Origin: Podarcis tiliguerta
Lineage: Eukaryota
Assembly (NCBI GenBank): GCA_965153285.1
Contig: OZ229129.1
Reading direction: 5' to 3' (one strand)
Length of the DNA: 64,000 nt
Part shown: in pieces, positions 36,328 through 49,000 of the stretch
Layout of the letters: each line of letters begins with the position of its first letter
How positions within the stretch are numbered: the stretch's first letter is position 1
Made by a program: the position numbers and the translations under genes
Notes under the pieces: model-generated
What the model saw: only the letters and a program-made list of their open reading frames with translations
Told to the model about the DNA's origin: nothing
The model's database searches: none

Positions 36328-36599
36328 CTAGGACCTTTTGCTTATGAATTAATTAAGGCAGCCAAGATAGCTTTGAGATGGTTCTGTGTAATGAAATAAA
36401 GTGTGTATTTTTTAACAGAATATTTCCTAATTTTGAATGGTGAAGGATTGGTTTTCAGTTGAGTGTGGCCTGCTATGTAGATGCACTTTAAAATTATTAA
36501 AAGAGGGTGACTGGCTAAGAGATCAAAATAATAAAATAAGCAGAGATCTTGACCACTCTGTGGCATATTGTTGACACCAACTGTCGCAGAAGCCTTCTC

Positions 36600-36815
36600 T
36601 ATTAATTGGTTTGCCCCAGCAACTCTGGACAGCTCCCAACAGAATATTAAAACACAAAAAACCACAAACATTAAAAACCTCGTACAGGGCTGCTTTCAGA
36701 TGTCTTCTAAAAGTCAGGTAGTTGTTTATTTCCTTGACATCTGATGGGAGGACATTCCATAAGGTGGGCGCCAGCACCAACAAGGCCCTCTGCCTGGTTC
36801 CTGTAACCTCACTTC
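36600..36815 (-). mobile_element. L2 3' fragment
   Basis: Translation GTRQRALLVLAPTLWNVLPSDVK...FRRHLKAAL is typical of an L2 ORF2 end. Confidence 0.75.
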
Positions 36816-37254
36816 TTGAAATGAGCAGTGATATTTTAAATAATGAAATAATAAAAATCATTGTTAAAAGAAAACCAGTGGGGTGGGGTACTGCCTAATT
36901 ATATGTTAATAAATTAGTTGGTTATTGATTAAGGAATAATTAAAATAGCATAATTAACAATTAAAAAACAATTAATACAATTAAAAACAAAGGGACTCAA
37001 CCTCTTAATACATTTTGAAGAGTCACAAATTACATGTACATTATGTACTGAACCTCATTTGTTATAATGTTTTATTTTGAAATCTTTATATTTTAGTTTC
37101 CTGTTAATTATGTTGCTTTGAATGTATACGTTATATTTGACTTTCTCAGGTAATGTTTTATTCTGGGTTGTTTTAGTTGATATTTTAATGTAGCTTGTAA
37201 AACTTCTTAAAAATACAAAGCTGTATAGAAATGATAATGATAATGATAATTGTG

Positions 37255-37750
37255 GGGAGAAGGCGGTCTGCGCAGTCGCTTCCTTCCCACCTGGAGCCCC
37301 CCCCCGTTTCTTCCTGCCACTGCGCATGCGGGAGAAAATGGGGCGGGATCTGCTGCTGCTGCGCCTTAGACAAACCTTTTACTGAAGGAGGGGAGGGATC
37401 AGAGCGACCTGCTCTCCTAATTGGCTGTAGTATTCACACGTGATACTGGCGCTTGCCCGGCTGCTCCTCCTATCAACCAAACTTCGCACTGCAGGCTAAG
37501 CTACGGTACTCTTTCCTTTTCCTTTTTCAAACTCAGTAGGCCACACGGTCATTAGGCAGAGCCGAGCACGTGGTACATTCCTTGCTGCCCTGGCATTGGC
37601 TACGGCGCCAATGCGCGAGCGGGCATCTATTGGTTTGCCGACAGAGCGGAAGGAGCGCGTCACGGCTGAATGGTTGTTGGGACGCTTAAGGTGTTTTGCT
37701 TCCGGTTCAGGCAGGTCCTTGGTGGCAAGCACGCCGGTCTTTCCACTGCT
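37255..37750. promoter_or_regulatory. CpG-rich promoter region of SNAPC4
   Basis: Clear CpG enrichment after an AT-rich stretch. NRF1-like TGCGCATGCG (37321), CCAAT boxes (37420, 37595, 37608, 37629), E-boxes CACGTG (37437, 37567) and ETS motif CTTCCGG (37699). It lies ~2.2 kb upstream of the first coding exon, which has a splice acceptor, so a non-coding exon 1 is implied here. Confidence 0.75.
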
Positions 37751-38149
37751 GTCTTTTGTGGCTCTTCTGCGACCAGCCTTACTAGCCAGCCTGTGGCTAG
37801 TCAGAGCTCCTCTTAGGCGATCAGGACGAACAACTTTGGTTGCGAGAGGGAACAAATACCTCCCTGTGGACTAGTGCCTTGTCTAGCTTCATTGGCAGAG
37901 ATGGTTACAGAGTGTCTCGGCTTGGGTTTAGCGTCCTTCCCCTCTTCAGCATAAGGGGCCCCCAGACGCCCCTGCTGCCCTGCTAGCCCAGTCTTTCGTT
38001 ACTCCCTCCGGGCAGATGCTGCTTGTGAGAATGCGGTGAGTAGAGGGCTTGCCTCTTGGTGCAAGCTGCCTGTGGGCAGAGGCTCCCCTTCCTAGCTGGT
38101 GCAGCTAAGACCTCCTCTGATCATCCAGGTTTTCTTGTCCTTGTGTGGT

Positions 38150-38811
38150 GTATTGGGTGCTGGGTATGCATCTAGTAGGAGACACATCATGCTCCTTCTG
38201 GGGTGGTTTGCCCACCTTTGGTCCCTACCCTGCACTCACACCTCTTGTGTGGCTCTTAGAAGCTGGCAGCATACAACAGTAGCTACCCACCATAAATGGC
38301 TTTGACTGGTGTGCTAAACCAGGTTAGGGTACCCGATGGCACTCACACCCTCTGCATGAGAACACGGGCTACCATGGGTTGAGCAGAAGAGACCAATATT
38401 GGGTCAAATGGACAAGAAGGCAATTTCCTGCACATGCTGTAGAGGGGAGTGAGTGGCAGACAATGCTCATCTGCCCCTGGGAAGGTAGCCCCTCTAGGAG
38501 AAGGAAAACTGAACCTAAACCTCTGCTGTCTTGTGGGATATTTTTGGGAGAATAAAAGGCTAAGGAGTAAACGGTACACAAGTTTGGAGTGGAGTCCCTA
38601 AGGTGGTTGTAATGCACCTTGTACTCCTCCTTTGGGCAACTCTTGCAGCCAAGTTGGTGCCAACTGTATTGCTCTGCTTTCTTTTGAACCACAGCAGTGA
38701 GAGTGGGGTCATGTCATGTGGGCAGCCCAGGGCTTCCATACACACTGCCCAAGCTTGTGCCCCAGGAGATCACTTTTTAATGCAGCAGTTTGACTTCATC
38801 CCTTGAGGCAC
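38150..38811 (+). mobile_element. Dispersed RTE-like 5' region; 38520-38790 is homologous to part of the array monomer
   Basis: GGAGAAGGAAAACT...AAACCTCTGCTG resembles an RTE 5' UTR motif (recalled, not searched). It shares AAAAGGCTAAGGAGTAAAC, CAAGTTGGTGCCAA and GGGCAGCCCAGG with the monomers. Confidence 0.55.
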
Positions 38812-39908
38812 TATCTATTTTCTTTTGGGACAGACTGATGCCAATGTCTTGCCATTGCAAAGGGGCAAAGCGTGAAGGTTTTCGTGGGACTTGCACTGCA
38901 GCTTGACATAGAGATGCTGCCAGTCAGTGCAGGCAGCACTCAGCTAGAAGAACCAAGGATCTGATTCAGCAAAAAGCAACTTCTTAGGCTGGTGTTTAAA
39001 TTCAAACCATAACAACTGAAATCTTTAAAGTGGAAATTTACAACACATACTAGCAAAAGACTTCAGTTTCTGTCATCTCTGTGTAGGGCTGCAAAAAAAC
39101 TGTTTGAAAACCTAGAGAGCTGCTGTCAGTGTAGTCAGTACTAGGATAGATGAGCTAGTAGTATGACTTCATTTCCCTCCACTTTTAATTTGTATACCAC
39201 GTTTCTGTATTGCTATACACAAGGCAGTTTACAAGTTGGAAGAACAAAAAAATACAACAAAATCACACACAACATTACACAATACAAGTAAGTCATAATA
39301 AAAATGTGATTTTAAAATAAACAACATATAAAATTAAAATTCAGGAGAATTTATTCAGTAGAATATAGTAGTACATAATAACATTAACTCAAATTATCAC
39401 CAAATAATAATTAATTGGCAGCTTCTGACAATCCTGTGTTAAGTGAAAGTTACTCAGACACCTGAGTCTTAACAATCATGCATTCATGTAGCATTTGTTC
39501 TGATTTACAGCATTTCCCTGTGGTCTTTTCTCAGCTGTGGTACTGGAGAGCCTTCCATACCTGGGATTGAACCTGAGTGCTCCTACCACTGAGCTATGGG
39601 TACCGCCCACAATGAAAGCCAAGTCCTTCAGAAACTTGAATCACCCCCCCCCCCCGACATGCATAAAGCAGCTTCTCATGTTCCTATTGCAGATCACTGC
39701 TTCTGGTACTGCTTAATGTGTAGGAGGACCTAAGTGTGCACAGATTCATAGAACCAAAGAATTGCAGAGTAAGGAGAGACCCCCATCGGCCATCTAGTCC
39801 AGCCCCCTGCAATACAGGAATCGCTGCTAATGAATGTTTCTTTTGAATCTGATCTTTTATTTATAGTTCTTTTTTGTCTTTATCTCTTCTTGGTAGCAGA
39901 TATAAGTG

Positions 39909-40041
39909 ATGGATGTAGAAGCAGAAAGAGAGAAAATCCGTTGGGAGATTGAAGAGCTGGAAAGGAGCCTGGGCCCCAATGTCGCAAGCATCGAGTCCCA
40001 AGTCTCAAGCTCTAGTCCTGAGTTGGTCTCTGACATTGAAG
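39909..40041 (+). CDS. SNAPC4: SNAPC4 coding exon 1 (start codon)
   Basis: ATG at 39909; MDVEAEREK...SDIE; GT donor at 40042; phase 1. Confidence 0.92.
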
Positions 40042-43000
40042 GTGCAATGCTTGTTGAGTGTTTCTTATGTCTTCTACAATCCACATTTATTTATAAACAT
40101 ATTTCTATTAATATTTCTATTAATATATTAAATATATTAAAGTGGTTTATAAAAAAACAAAACAAATACATTAAACCCATAAAAGATTAATGATAAACAT
40201 CAGATAATCATTGTAGAAGGATGTTGTCTTAATTGCCTGTGTAGTAGGCCTGGTGGAATTGAAAAGTTTTCAGCAGCTGCCACATCTCTAGTGGCAGAGA
40301 GTTTCGTAGGACTCGATTGATGACACTCAAAACTCCTTGTTGTCAAATGAGCCTCACCAATTCAGGGAACCACCAACAAAGCTGTAGCGGGTGATCTCTG
40401 TGATTCAGCTGGGATATTATAAAGGTTTGGGTGATCCCTGAGGTACCTTGGACCTAAGTGACTCAGGGCTTTGTAAATTAATACAAGTACCTTGAGGCTA
40501 CCTTGGTAGTGGGTGGGATTGTTACTTGATTAGAGTTTGTGGGATTTTAGTTCAAATACATCCAGAATACCACCACAGTTGTTCATCATCATGTCATTCT
40601 TCATCTTGCCATTTATCTATGCATGCAGAAGGCCTCAGGTTCAATCCCCACATGAGCCCGGGAATGTCCACTGCCTACAATCATAAATGTTTATCTGATA
40701 GTAGCCCTCAGAGTGCTTCTCACATGCATCTTAAGTTTGCACTCACCTTTGTTTTTAAACATGGGCCTTACCGACAAATATGATCTGATTAATCCTTACA
40801 GCAAGCCTGTAGGATATGCTGTTGTTAGCCTCCCTGTGTAGCACATTATGGCTTTTCTAACGCTATCCACAAGTTGCAATGTGAACCTACTTAGTACATT
40901 ATCTTAACCACTACACACCAAGAGTGTCACAGTTAGGCTGCCTTCCTGCCATGACTGTTTGAAATTTTTGCTTTCTTTGCCTGTATTCTGTCTAATATTT
41001 CTTTTCATTTCCTGTCAGATGACCTTGATGATGATGATTCCGATACTCATGACAATATGGCAAGTACTTGGTTCAAATATTATCTTCCTGTTTTAGAGGT
41101 TTATATGTTACATACACAATCACATCCTTTTTTGTTGTTGTTAAAAAGTTAGTCTCCATGTGGATAAAGGACTTTGCCCTTCTTTGTGGAAGTTCCATCT
41201 AGGCCCCACTAAGCTGTTATTAAATTCCAGTTCACTTTTCTGCTCATGAGATCACTTGTGAGAAGAAACATGAAATGTGTCTCAAGCTCTGGGCTTTTTG
41301 AAAGGAAAGGGTGGGCTAGAAATTTAACTGGATATTTAATAAATACATAAGCAGGGCACTGGGCCTTTCAGTGAAAAAGGCTCCCAAAGTGGCTTGCGTA
41401 TAATTTATTTACAGGTAACTTGCATGTTATGTTACATTCTTGGTCTTCATGCTTATAAACAAAATTACGTAAATCCAGAACTTCCCCTAGAAAACAATTA
41501 AAAAGCTATTTAAAAATACCACTGAGGAGTGAATGCAGTTTTTAGTCTTCCTCTTAGTCTTCCTCCTTCCTCACGGGATGCTACTGCAGATGTAACAAGG
41601 ACCAGGAGGGTTGACTGATAGCTAGAAGAAGTGCTTGGCTGTAGTTCAGATCCAGAGGTGGGTTGTGTGGATACATCTGTTGCTGTTATTGCTGGTTTAT
41701 TTGTGAGGAACAGTCAAACATTCAGTGTCTGTAATCTAGTCCAGCTCTATGCAATGCAGAAACGACAGCATATATCCCTCTATGTGTGTGTGTATGTATA
41801 GTCATTTTGGCAGAAGCTTCACAGGAACAAAAAAAAGATGAATGAGTTGCATTGCAGGGGGTTAGACTAGATGACCCTCAGGGTCCCTTTCAACACTTTA
41901 ATTCAATGATTCTATGCTGCAAGAAAATAGTATTTTTATTTGGTACAGTTATTAAGGTGTATATAAAGAGAGAGAACAATTATAACAGCAGATGACAATT
42001 AAAGCAAAATGATAAAACTGGCATGTAGACCAAGTCTAGTTGCATGTGGGATAAAATAAAAAAATCCAAGAAAGGGCTATCAGTGTTATCTAATTATCAG
42101 ATCTAGTTCCAGATTTGCCAGGCTTTCATTGAAGGTTGTCTTGCAAGTGTATGTAATGGTTCTAGGGGTTGCTCGTGCATAAGCCGGTTCCAACACCTGG
42201 CTGGGTTGCCTGAGTGAACCTTTTCTGTCCGGACAGCCACTCGCCCGTGACTGTCTCAATCGCTGGCAGAATCCGTCAGTGGGCGTTTCTTAAACTTCTT
42301 CCAGCAAAGAAGCTCTTTGATGCCTAGTCTCCTACTCTCCCTGCGCAGAAGCCTTCTGTGCAAGGAGGGCGTAGGCAGCGGATCCCCGGCAAGGAGTCAT
42401 GGGACCGCCTCGCCGCTTCCCCCATCTGCCCCCCTTCTCCACTGGTGCTATGCTGATTCTTTTCCCCAGAAGATGGGCTGCCTCTCCCAATCCCGGGATG
42501 CTCTCTGGAATCCCTCTGGAGCTTGCTCTCTTCCTCCGGCACTGATGGCAGTTCCCTGACAGTGTAGATGTCGTAAAAGAATGCCAGATCATATAAAAAG
42601 TGTCTGGCTGTTAGTTCTGTATCTCAGATTAGGCGTAATTTTGTTCATTCTAGCTATCTTCCAGAGTCAGGGGTATTGAGCTCCCAGTGTAAGATTTGGG
42701 GCTGTTTTCCATAGAGTTGCCATGATAGTTTGAGCTGGCAAGGTCATATATAAGACCTTTTGCCAATATATCTACATTGGCATCAGCAAAAGAATTCACA
42801 AAATTTAATTCTGCACAACAAGCCATAGTGTCTTTGGTATATTTATTTCCATGAAAATCAAATGCCCTAAATCTTGCACCAACTTACATTCCCACTATAC
42901 GTGATAACATGTACCAAGTTTATTGCAGCCCCTCTGGTAACTAAGCAATACACTAGCACCTCAGCGTACATTACCCTTGGGTAACGTAAGCTTCGGGTTG

Positions 43001-46000
43001 CGAAAGCAGCAAACCCAGAAGTGTTTCGCCGTGTGTGTATGCACAGAAGCGGTTCCTCTGGTTGCGGAAACCTTGGGAGAAAATATGTTTGACATTTGCA
43101 AAGGAAGGTGATATTGTCTGTAGGAATTTCAAGGGTCATGCCCTTGATGCATCCAACTAAATCAATTGCCCGCCTCTCTACCTTCTGTAAAGTCTGATTT
43201 TTCCAGCCATCTGATCAACTCTTCCTTTTCTCCTTCTGGATCAGGAGGTAGACCTAGATGGGGAGAAAGGTGCTGGAGTGGGGAGTGAAGTGGACATCCA
43301 TCTCCCTCAGTCCCTGGAGACCTGCCTGCACATGAACATGGTTTACCAGGAGGTGATACAGGAGAAGATTGAGGAGATCACACTCTGGCTGGCCCAGAAC
43401 AGAGAGCAGCAGGTCAGTGTTGTGGTGGGGCTGCTTTAAGAATACTCTGGAATGTTTCAGCTCTCCCTGGGGGTTTGTGGAGTTGTGTTGTAACCTGAAC
43501 AAAGCAGATTGAAAATAAAATTGCCAATATAGTAATACAAATCTGTGGTGCAGCCAGATTTGGAAGGCTGGTCACCTCACCTCAAAAAGAACATTGCAGA
43601 GTTGGAAAAGCTTCAGAAAATTGTGACCCAAGTGGGAATGGAGCGACACCCTTATGAGCAAAGGTTGGGACCTTTTAGTTTAGAAAAAAGATGAGGAAGA
43701 GGCGACATGATAGAAGTTTACAAAATTTGCAGTGCATGGAGCAAGTGGATGAGAAGAGTTTTACTCCTCTCTCATAACACTGGAATTTGTTGACATCCAA
43801 GGAAGCTGAATGCTGGAAAGTTCAGGAAATATAACAGAAGTAACTTCTTCACTGCAGCACAGAGTTAAATTTTCTCCAGCAGGAGACAGCGATGGCTTTA
43901 AAACAGGTCTGGACAAATGAATGGAGGAACAGAACACTCTCAGTGGCTCCTAGCCATGGTGGCTGTGCTCTGCCATCACAGCTGTGCCTCTGAATTTAAG
44001 TTTTATTTATTTATTAAATTTATATACACACTTCACCAAAATATCTCAGGGCAGCTCACACAATAAAAAAAATCCTAGATAAAAGCACTAATAAATAGTT
44101 AAAACAGAAACAACAAAAAAATAAGTGCCTAAGAGCTTGCTGGATCAGGCCAATGGCCCAACTCTGCAAGCACCCTCATCTCACTGTGGCCAACCAGATG
44201 CCTGCAGGAAACCCAGCGAGCACATTGTATTCAGTAAACGAGCCCTGCGTGTATCTATAAATAAATATTTTATGCTATCAATTCCCTTACATTTTCACTA
44301 GTAGGAATGCATACAAATATTTTAATGGAATATCTAATATGACTGAATCACATTCATCTTTTGGGTTAATTAATGAAACTCAGTAGTTTGATTGGATTTT
44401 GAATGACTGTGCAATTGTTACTGTTTTGAATCTTACTGTGCTATCTTCCTTAGCCGGTCATGCAAGCTGCTCTTCTGAATAATGCTTTTTATAGGGTAGG
44501 AGGCAGTGGGTTTGAGTTTATGGAACCAAGGGGGTAGTGGCCCCAAAAAGTTTCAGAACCGCTTCCCTAAATTTCTTGCATTGCAGGGGGTTGGATTCGA
44601 TGACCCTTGGTGCACTTTCAACCCTACAATTCTATTCTTCTTCTTCTCTGTCTCTCTTTTCAATGCCTTGCAGGAAAAGCTGACATGGGAGCTGGCTGGG
44701 ACGAGAGGCACTAAGTCAAGCGACAGCAAAACCTTGCCAGCAAATTTGTTTCTGGGCCATTTCATGAAGCCGTACTTCAAGGACGTGACGTCAGGGTTCG
44801 TAAGTATCCATTGCTGGCCTCTCTTCCTCCTGGGGATAGAGGTGGACAACCCTGTCTCCTTCCTTAGTTTCCAGCCCCCTTGTCTTATGGCAAGATTGAT
44901 TGATTGATTACATTCATATCCCACCATTTCTCCAAAGAGCTCAAGGTGGCATATGCATTTCTCACCCCTCTCCATTTTATCCTCACAACAACTCTGTGAG
45001 GTATGCGAGGCCAAGGCAGTCCTTGTCCCTAGGCCACACCCAGTGTGCTTCAAGGATGAGTGAGGATTTGAACCCTGCTCTCTACCAGGTTCTAGTCCTC
45101 ATTTAATTCCCACAACAACCCTGTGAGGTAGGTTAGTCTGTGAGACAGTGACTAGTCCAAGGTCACATCCAGTGAACTTCATGACAGATTGGGCATTTGA
45201 ACCCTGCTCTGTCCCAGTTCATAGTCTTCATTTAATCCCAGCAACAGCCCTGCAAACTAGGCTAGGCTGAGTGAGGGAGTGGACAAACATCACCTATTGT
45301 TTTATGACTGAGTGGGGGACTTCAAGCCTGGTCTTCCAGGTCCTAGCCCAATGCTCTAACCACCATGCATCTTGGAAGATGAAGACGCCAAATTCTGGTT
45401 GATGCTTGATATTGCTCTTTGTTTGCAATCTGGACTTGTTTTTAACCAGGTATCAATGAAATCATTTATAACAGGGGGACTGACTTGAGCCCTTCCAGTT
45501 GTTGCTGGACTTCCCCTCATTGCCCCTGATCTCTGGCCATGCCAGCTGCAGGGGCTGATAGGAGTTGTAGTGCAGCAACACATAGAATAAGATAGGCTTC
45601 CCCCACTTGATTGCTTTGATCAGGAGAGCTGGCCCTGTTGCTGTAACCCTGCAATCCCTGTTCCATATCTGCAATACATCCATCCTTTACTGTGACGGTG
45701 CCTACACTTGGGAACTCCCTGCCCATTGACACCAGACAGGTGTTTCCCTGTACTCTTTTCAGTGCCCACTAAAAAACTTTTTTGATTAGGCAAGCCCACC
45801 CAGATTTTTGGAAATCTGATGGAAGTTTGAATCTGTTTTTAATCTATCACTCTTTTAACTTTTGGAAAGTGTTAAATTCTTCTTATTTATAATTTTAATG
45901 GTTTATTTTTTTGTAAACTGCTTTGAGGTTTGTTTGTTTGTTTACATTCAAGCAGCACTTTTTTTAAACAAACAAATACAGTCGTACCTCGGGTTGAAGT

Positions 46001-49000
46001 AGCTTCAGGATGAATATTTTCGGGTTGTGCTCTGCGGCGACCCGGAAGTAACGGAGCGCGTTATTTCCGGTTTTCGCCGCTTGCACATGCGCAGACGCTA
46101 AAAATGACATCATGCGTGGAAGCGGCGAAACGCGGCACGCGCAGACGCACAGTCGCATCTTACGTTTACTTGAGGATGCGAACGGGGCTCCGGAACGGAT
46201 CCCGTTCATATCCAGAGCAACCCATGCAAACACTTCTGACACTGTGCACACTTTTGAAAGCCACCAGTGGGGCTTGTCTGACAACAGAGATTGAGGACCA
46301 AAGTGGTATTTTTCTGTGACATTTGTAATGCCCTTTCTCTCTCCCCCTCTTTAGGGCCCTCCTGCCAACAGTGACACCAGGGAAAAAGCAAAACAAGGCA
46401 TCAAGTCTTTTGCGGAGCTGCTCACTATCAAATGTAAGAGGGATTTGGGGGGGCTACAACAACATACTTATTTTAGGTTTGAATTGATTGAAACCTTCAG
46501 CATGAGCTGACTTGGTTTCTGGAACCATGGAATTGTAGAGTTAAAAGAGGGCCACCCCCCCCCCCACCCCAAGAGTCATCTATCCCAATTCCCTGCAATG
46601 CTGGAATCGCAGCTTAAGAATCCCTGACAAGTGACCAACCAGCTTTTCAAAACTCCAGCAAAGGAGAGAGCCCACCACCTTCCTTCTCTTTTTCCAACAA
46701 ACAGAATTCAAGGGAGCAAATGACGATGGTTGGAGTTTTCCTATCAGCAGCAGGGCGTCTAGTCCACTGGGGAAATGGGGCAAATGACCCACCAACCTCA
46801 GTCTGCCCTTGGTTAGCCCCCACCTGCTTGCCTTATAACAGCAGTCTGGGGTGGGGTGCTGTTGTTGGATAAATTTATAAAGGGTGTGCCCCAGCTGGGG
46901 TTCCCAAAGTAACACCAAATAGACACAGACTTTAAATGTGAAAAAAAATAAATATTAGGCCTTTATTGATCCAAACATATGTAGGAGTCAGTCTCCTGAA
47001 AAAAACAGGAGCTAGCTGCGATTTGCATGCTCTTAAATCTAGTTTATAGTACACTGCTAAGCTACACATGTGATTACAAAAGAACCAAATGATTAGAACA
47101 ATTTTTTCCATCAAACATACTGTCGTCATTCTTAAACCACTCAAGAGATCCTTTGGCTCTTTTCCCCTGCCCACCCCAACCTTCTCATCTATGACTTACA
47201 CCAGAATGTTGGAAGAATTTATATACAGTTCCCCAAAGGAATGCCAAGAGACACAGGCTTTAAGTGAGAAATTAGGCCTTATTAATACAAATATACATAG
47301 GGTTAGCCTTCTGAAAAATCAGAAAGAGGCTGTCCTTGGATGCTGTCAGACACCATCTTCTATACGTGTCCAGCTACACAGCTGATGACCACTTAATCAA
47401 TCAGACAATTCCAGCAATTCTTCCCTTCAGAGTTAAACAGTTACAACATGTTGGCACCATTATTAAACCTCTCAGAGATTGTTTGGCTGTTCTGAGCAGT
47501 GCAACCCAACCTTCCCATTCTATTGCTAACACCAGAATGTTGGAGGAACTTGTAAAGGGTGCTCCCTAACCCACGTTCCCCAAAGAAACGCCGGTAGATA
47601 CATGTTTTAAATGAAAAACTGCTTTCAGTTATCTATGTTGATATCTTTGTTCTCTTCTTGACCCAGGACTTAGTGTAACTACTATGATTGGCTGATCTGC
47701 TAGTATTTTGTTCTCTTATTGTTGTATCTTATCTGTTTACCTTCCATTCTTTTCAGTTGTGCTATGAGCTGTAACAGTACACAGTCGTGTGCACATTTCT
47801 ATTTAAAAAAGAGTCTGTCTGTTCTATTAGGAAATCAGCTCACACACAGATTTCAGACTGTCAAGCTCTAGCTGCACAAAATGAATTCAGGGATGGAATA
47901 AGAATGGGGAGATACTCCTACAATCATGGACCCGCCCGCCAGCTTCCCCTTGTCAGCCCCAGTGTTGCCCCCTCAGCTGGGAAGAGGAGGATGGGGGCAA
48001 AGTATATTGAGTTGGTTCCACCTCTCATTGGCTTGGGCTCCCTGTCTTCCACCCCACTAATCCCAAAGAGGAACGCAGCCACTACTGAGAGAGAGATGGG
48101 GACAGACTAGAGAGAGCAGGCTCTGCCTTTTGTTGGCTTTGGCTTCACCTCCCCTTGGGCTCCTGGCTTTCCTTCCCACTACTTGGTGACCTTCTGTAAC
48201 ACCTCCCCCCCACCTTGGTCTTCCATAGGGAAAAGCCAAGAGAAGCTGCTGCTCCGTCAGTCTGTCATGAGTGACCAATTGCAGCACCTGCTTCAGCCCA
48301 AGCTCTTGAAGTAAGTACAGAAGGGGGCTCCCACAAAACACTCCCCTTTCCCAAAGAAGTGGGACTGGGAGAGCAAAGTATTCTGTGCTGAATCAGGGCC
48401 TTTGCTCCATCTAGCCCAGAAGTGTCTTGATTTCCCAATTCTTGTTACCTCTTAGTTGTCTTTATTTGTTCAAAACGTTTGGACAGTTGACTTGTGACTT
48501 ATGGAGGGGTTACGTTCTGGGGGTATCACATGAAGGTGGAATCCCATATAGCACAAAACAACCCTTTGAAAACCGGGAAATGGCCATTTAAAAACATTGG
48601 ACAGTGCTTAACTGCTTTTAAGCTCTCCACCTTGCTTCCTGGGCTTTGGCTGTCGTGAGTTCCTGCGAGATCCCTCAATAGTCTCCCAGAGCCTGGCAAG
48701 CAAATCTGAGAGCTTAAGAGTTCTTTCCGCACCTGGAAAACTGACACAGAAAGAGCTTTTCAGTTCTCTGCCTTCTGTGTATTTAATTTGTGCAATTTTA
48801 GATTTGTAAAGTTGAAATCACACAGGTTAAATGTGGCTAATTTGTGAGTCATCTATACCTTGCCATTCCTCATAGTTCAGACACAGTGGGGCTGTGCTTT
48901 CGTCTGTGACAAAAATAGCATTTGCTTCGTGAATATTCACAGCACTTTGAGGCTGATGCTTATTTCTTTGTAGCAACACAAAACCCCAAGGTTTCTAGGT

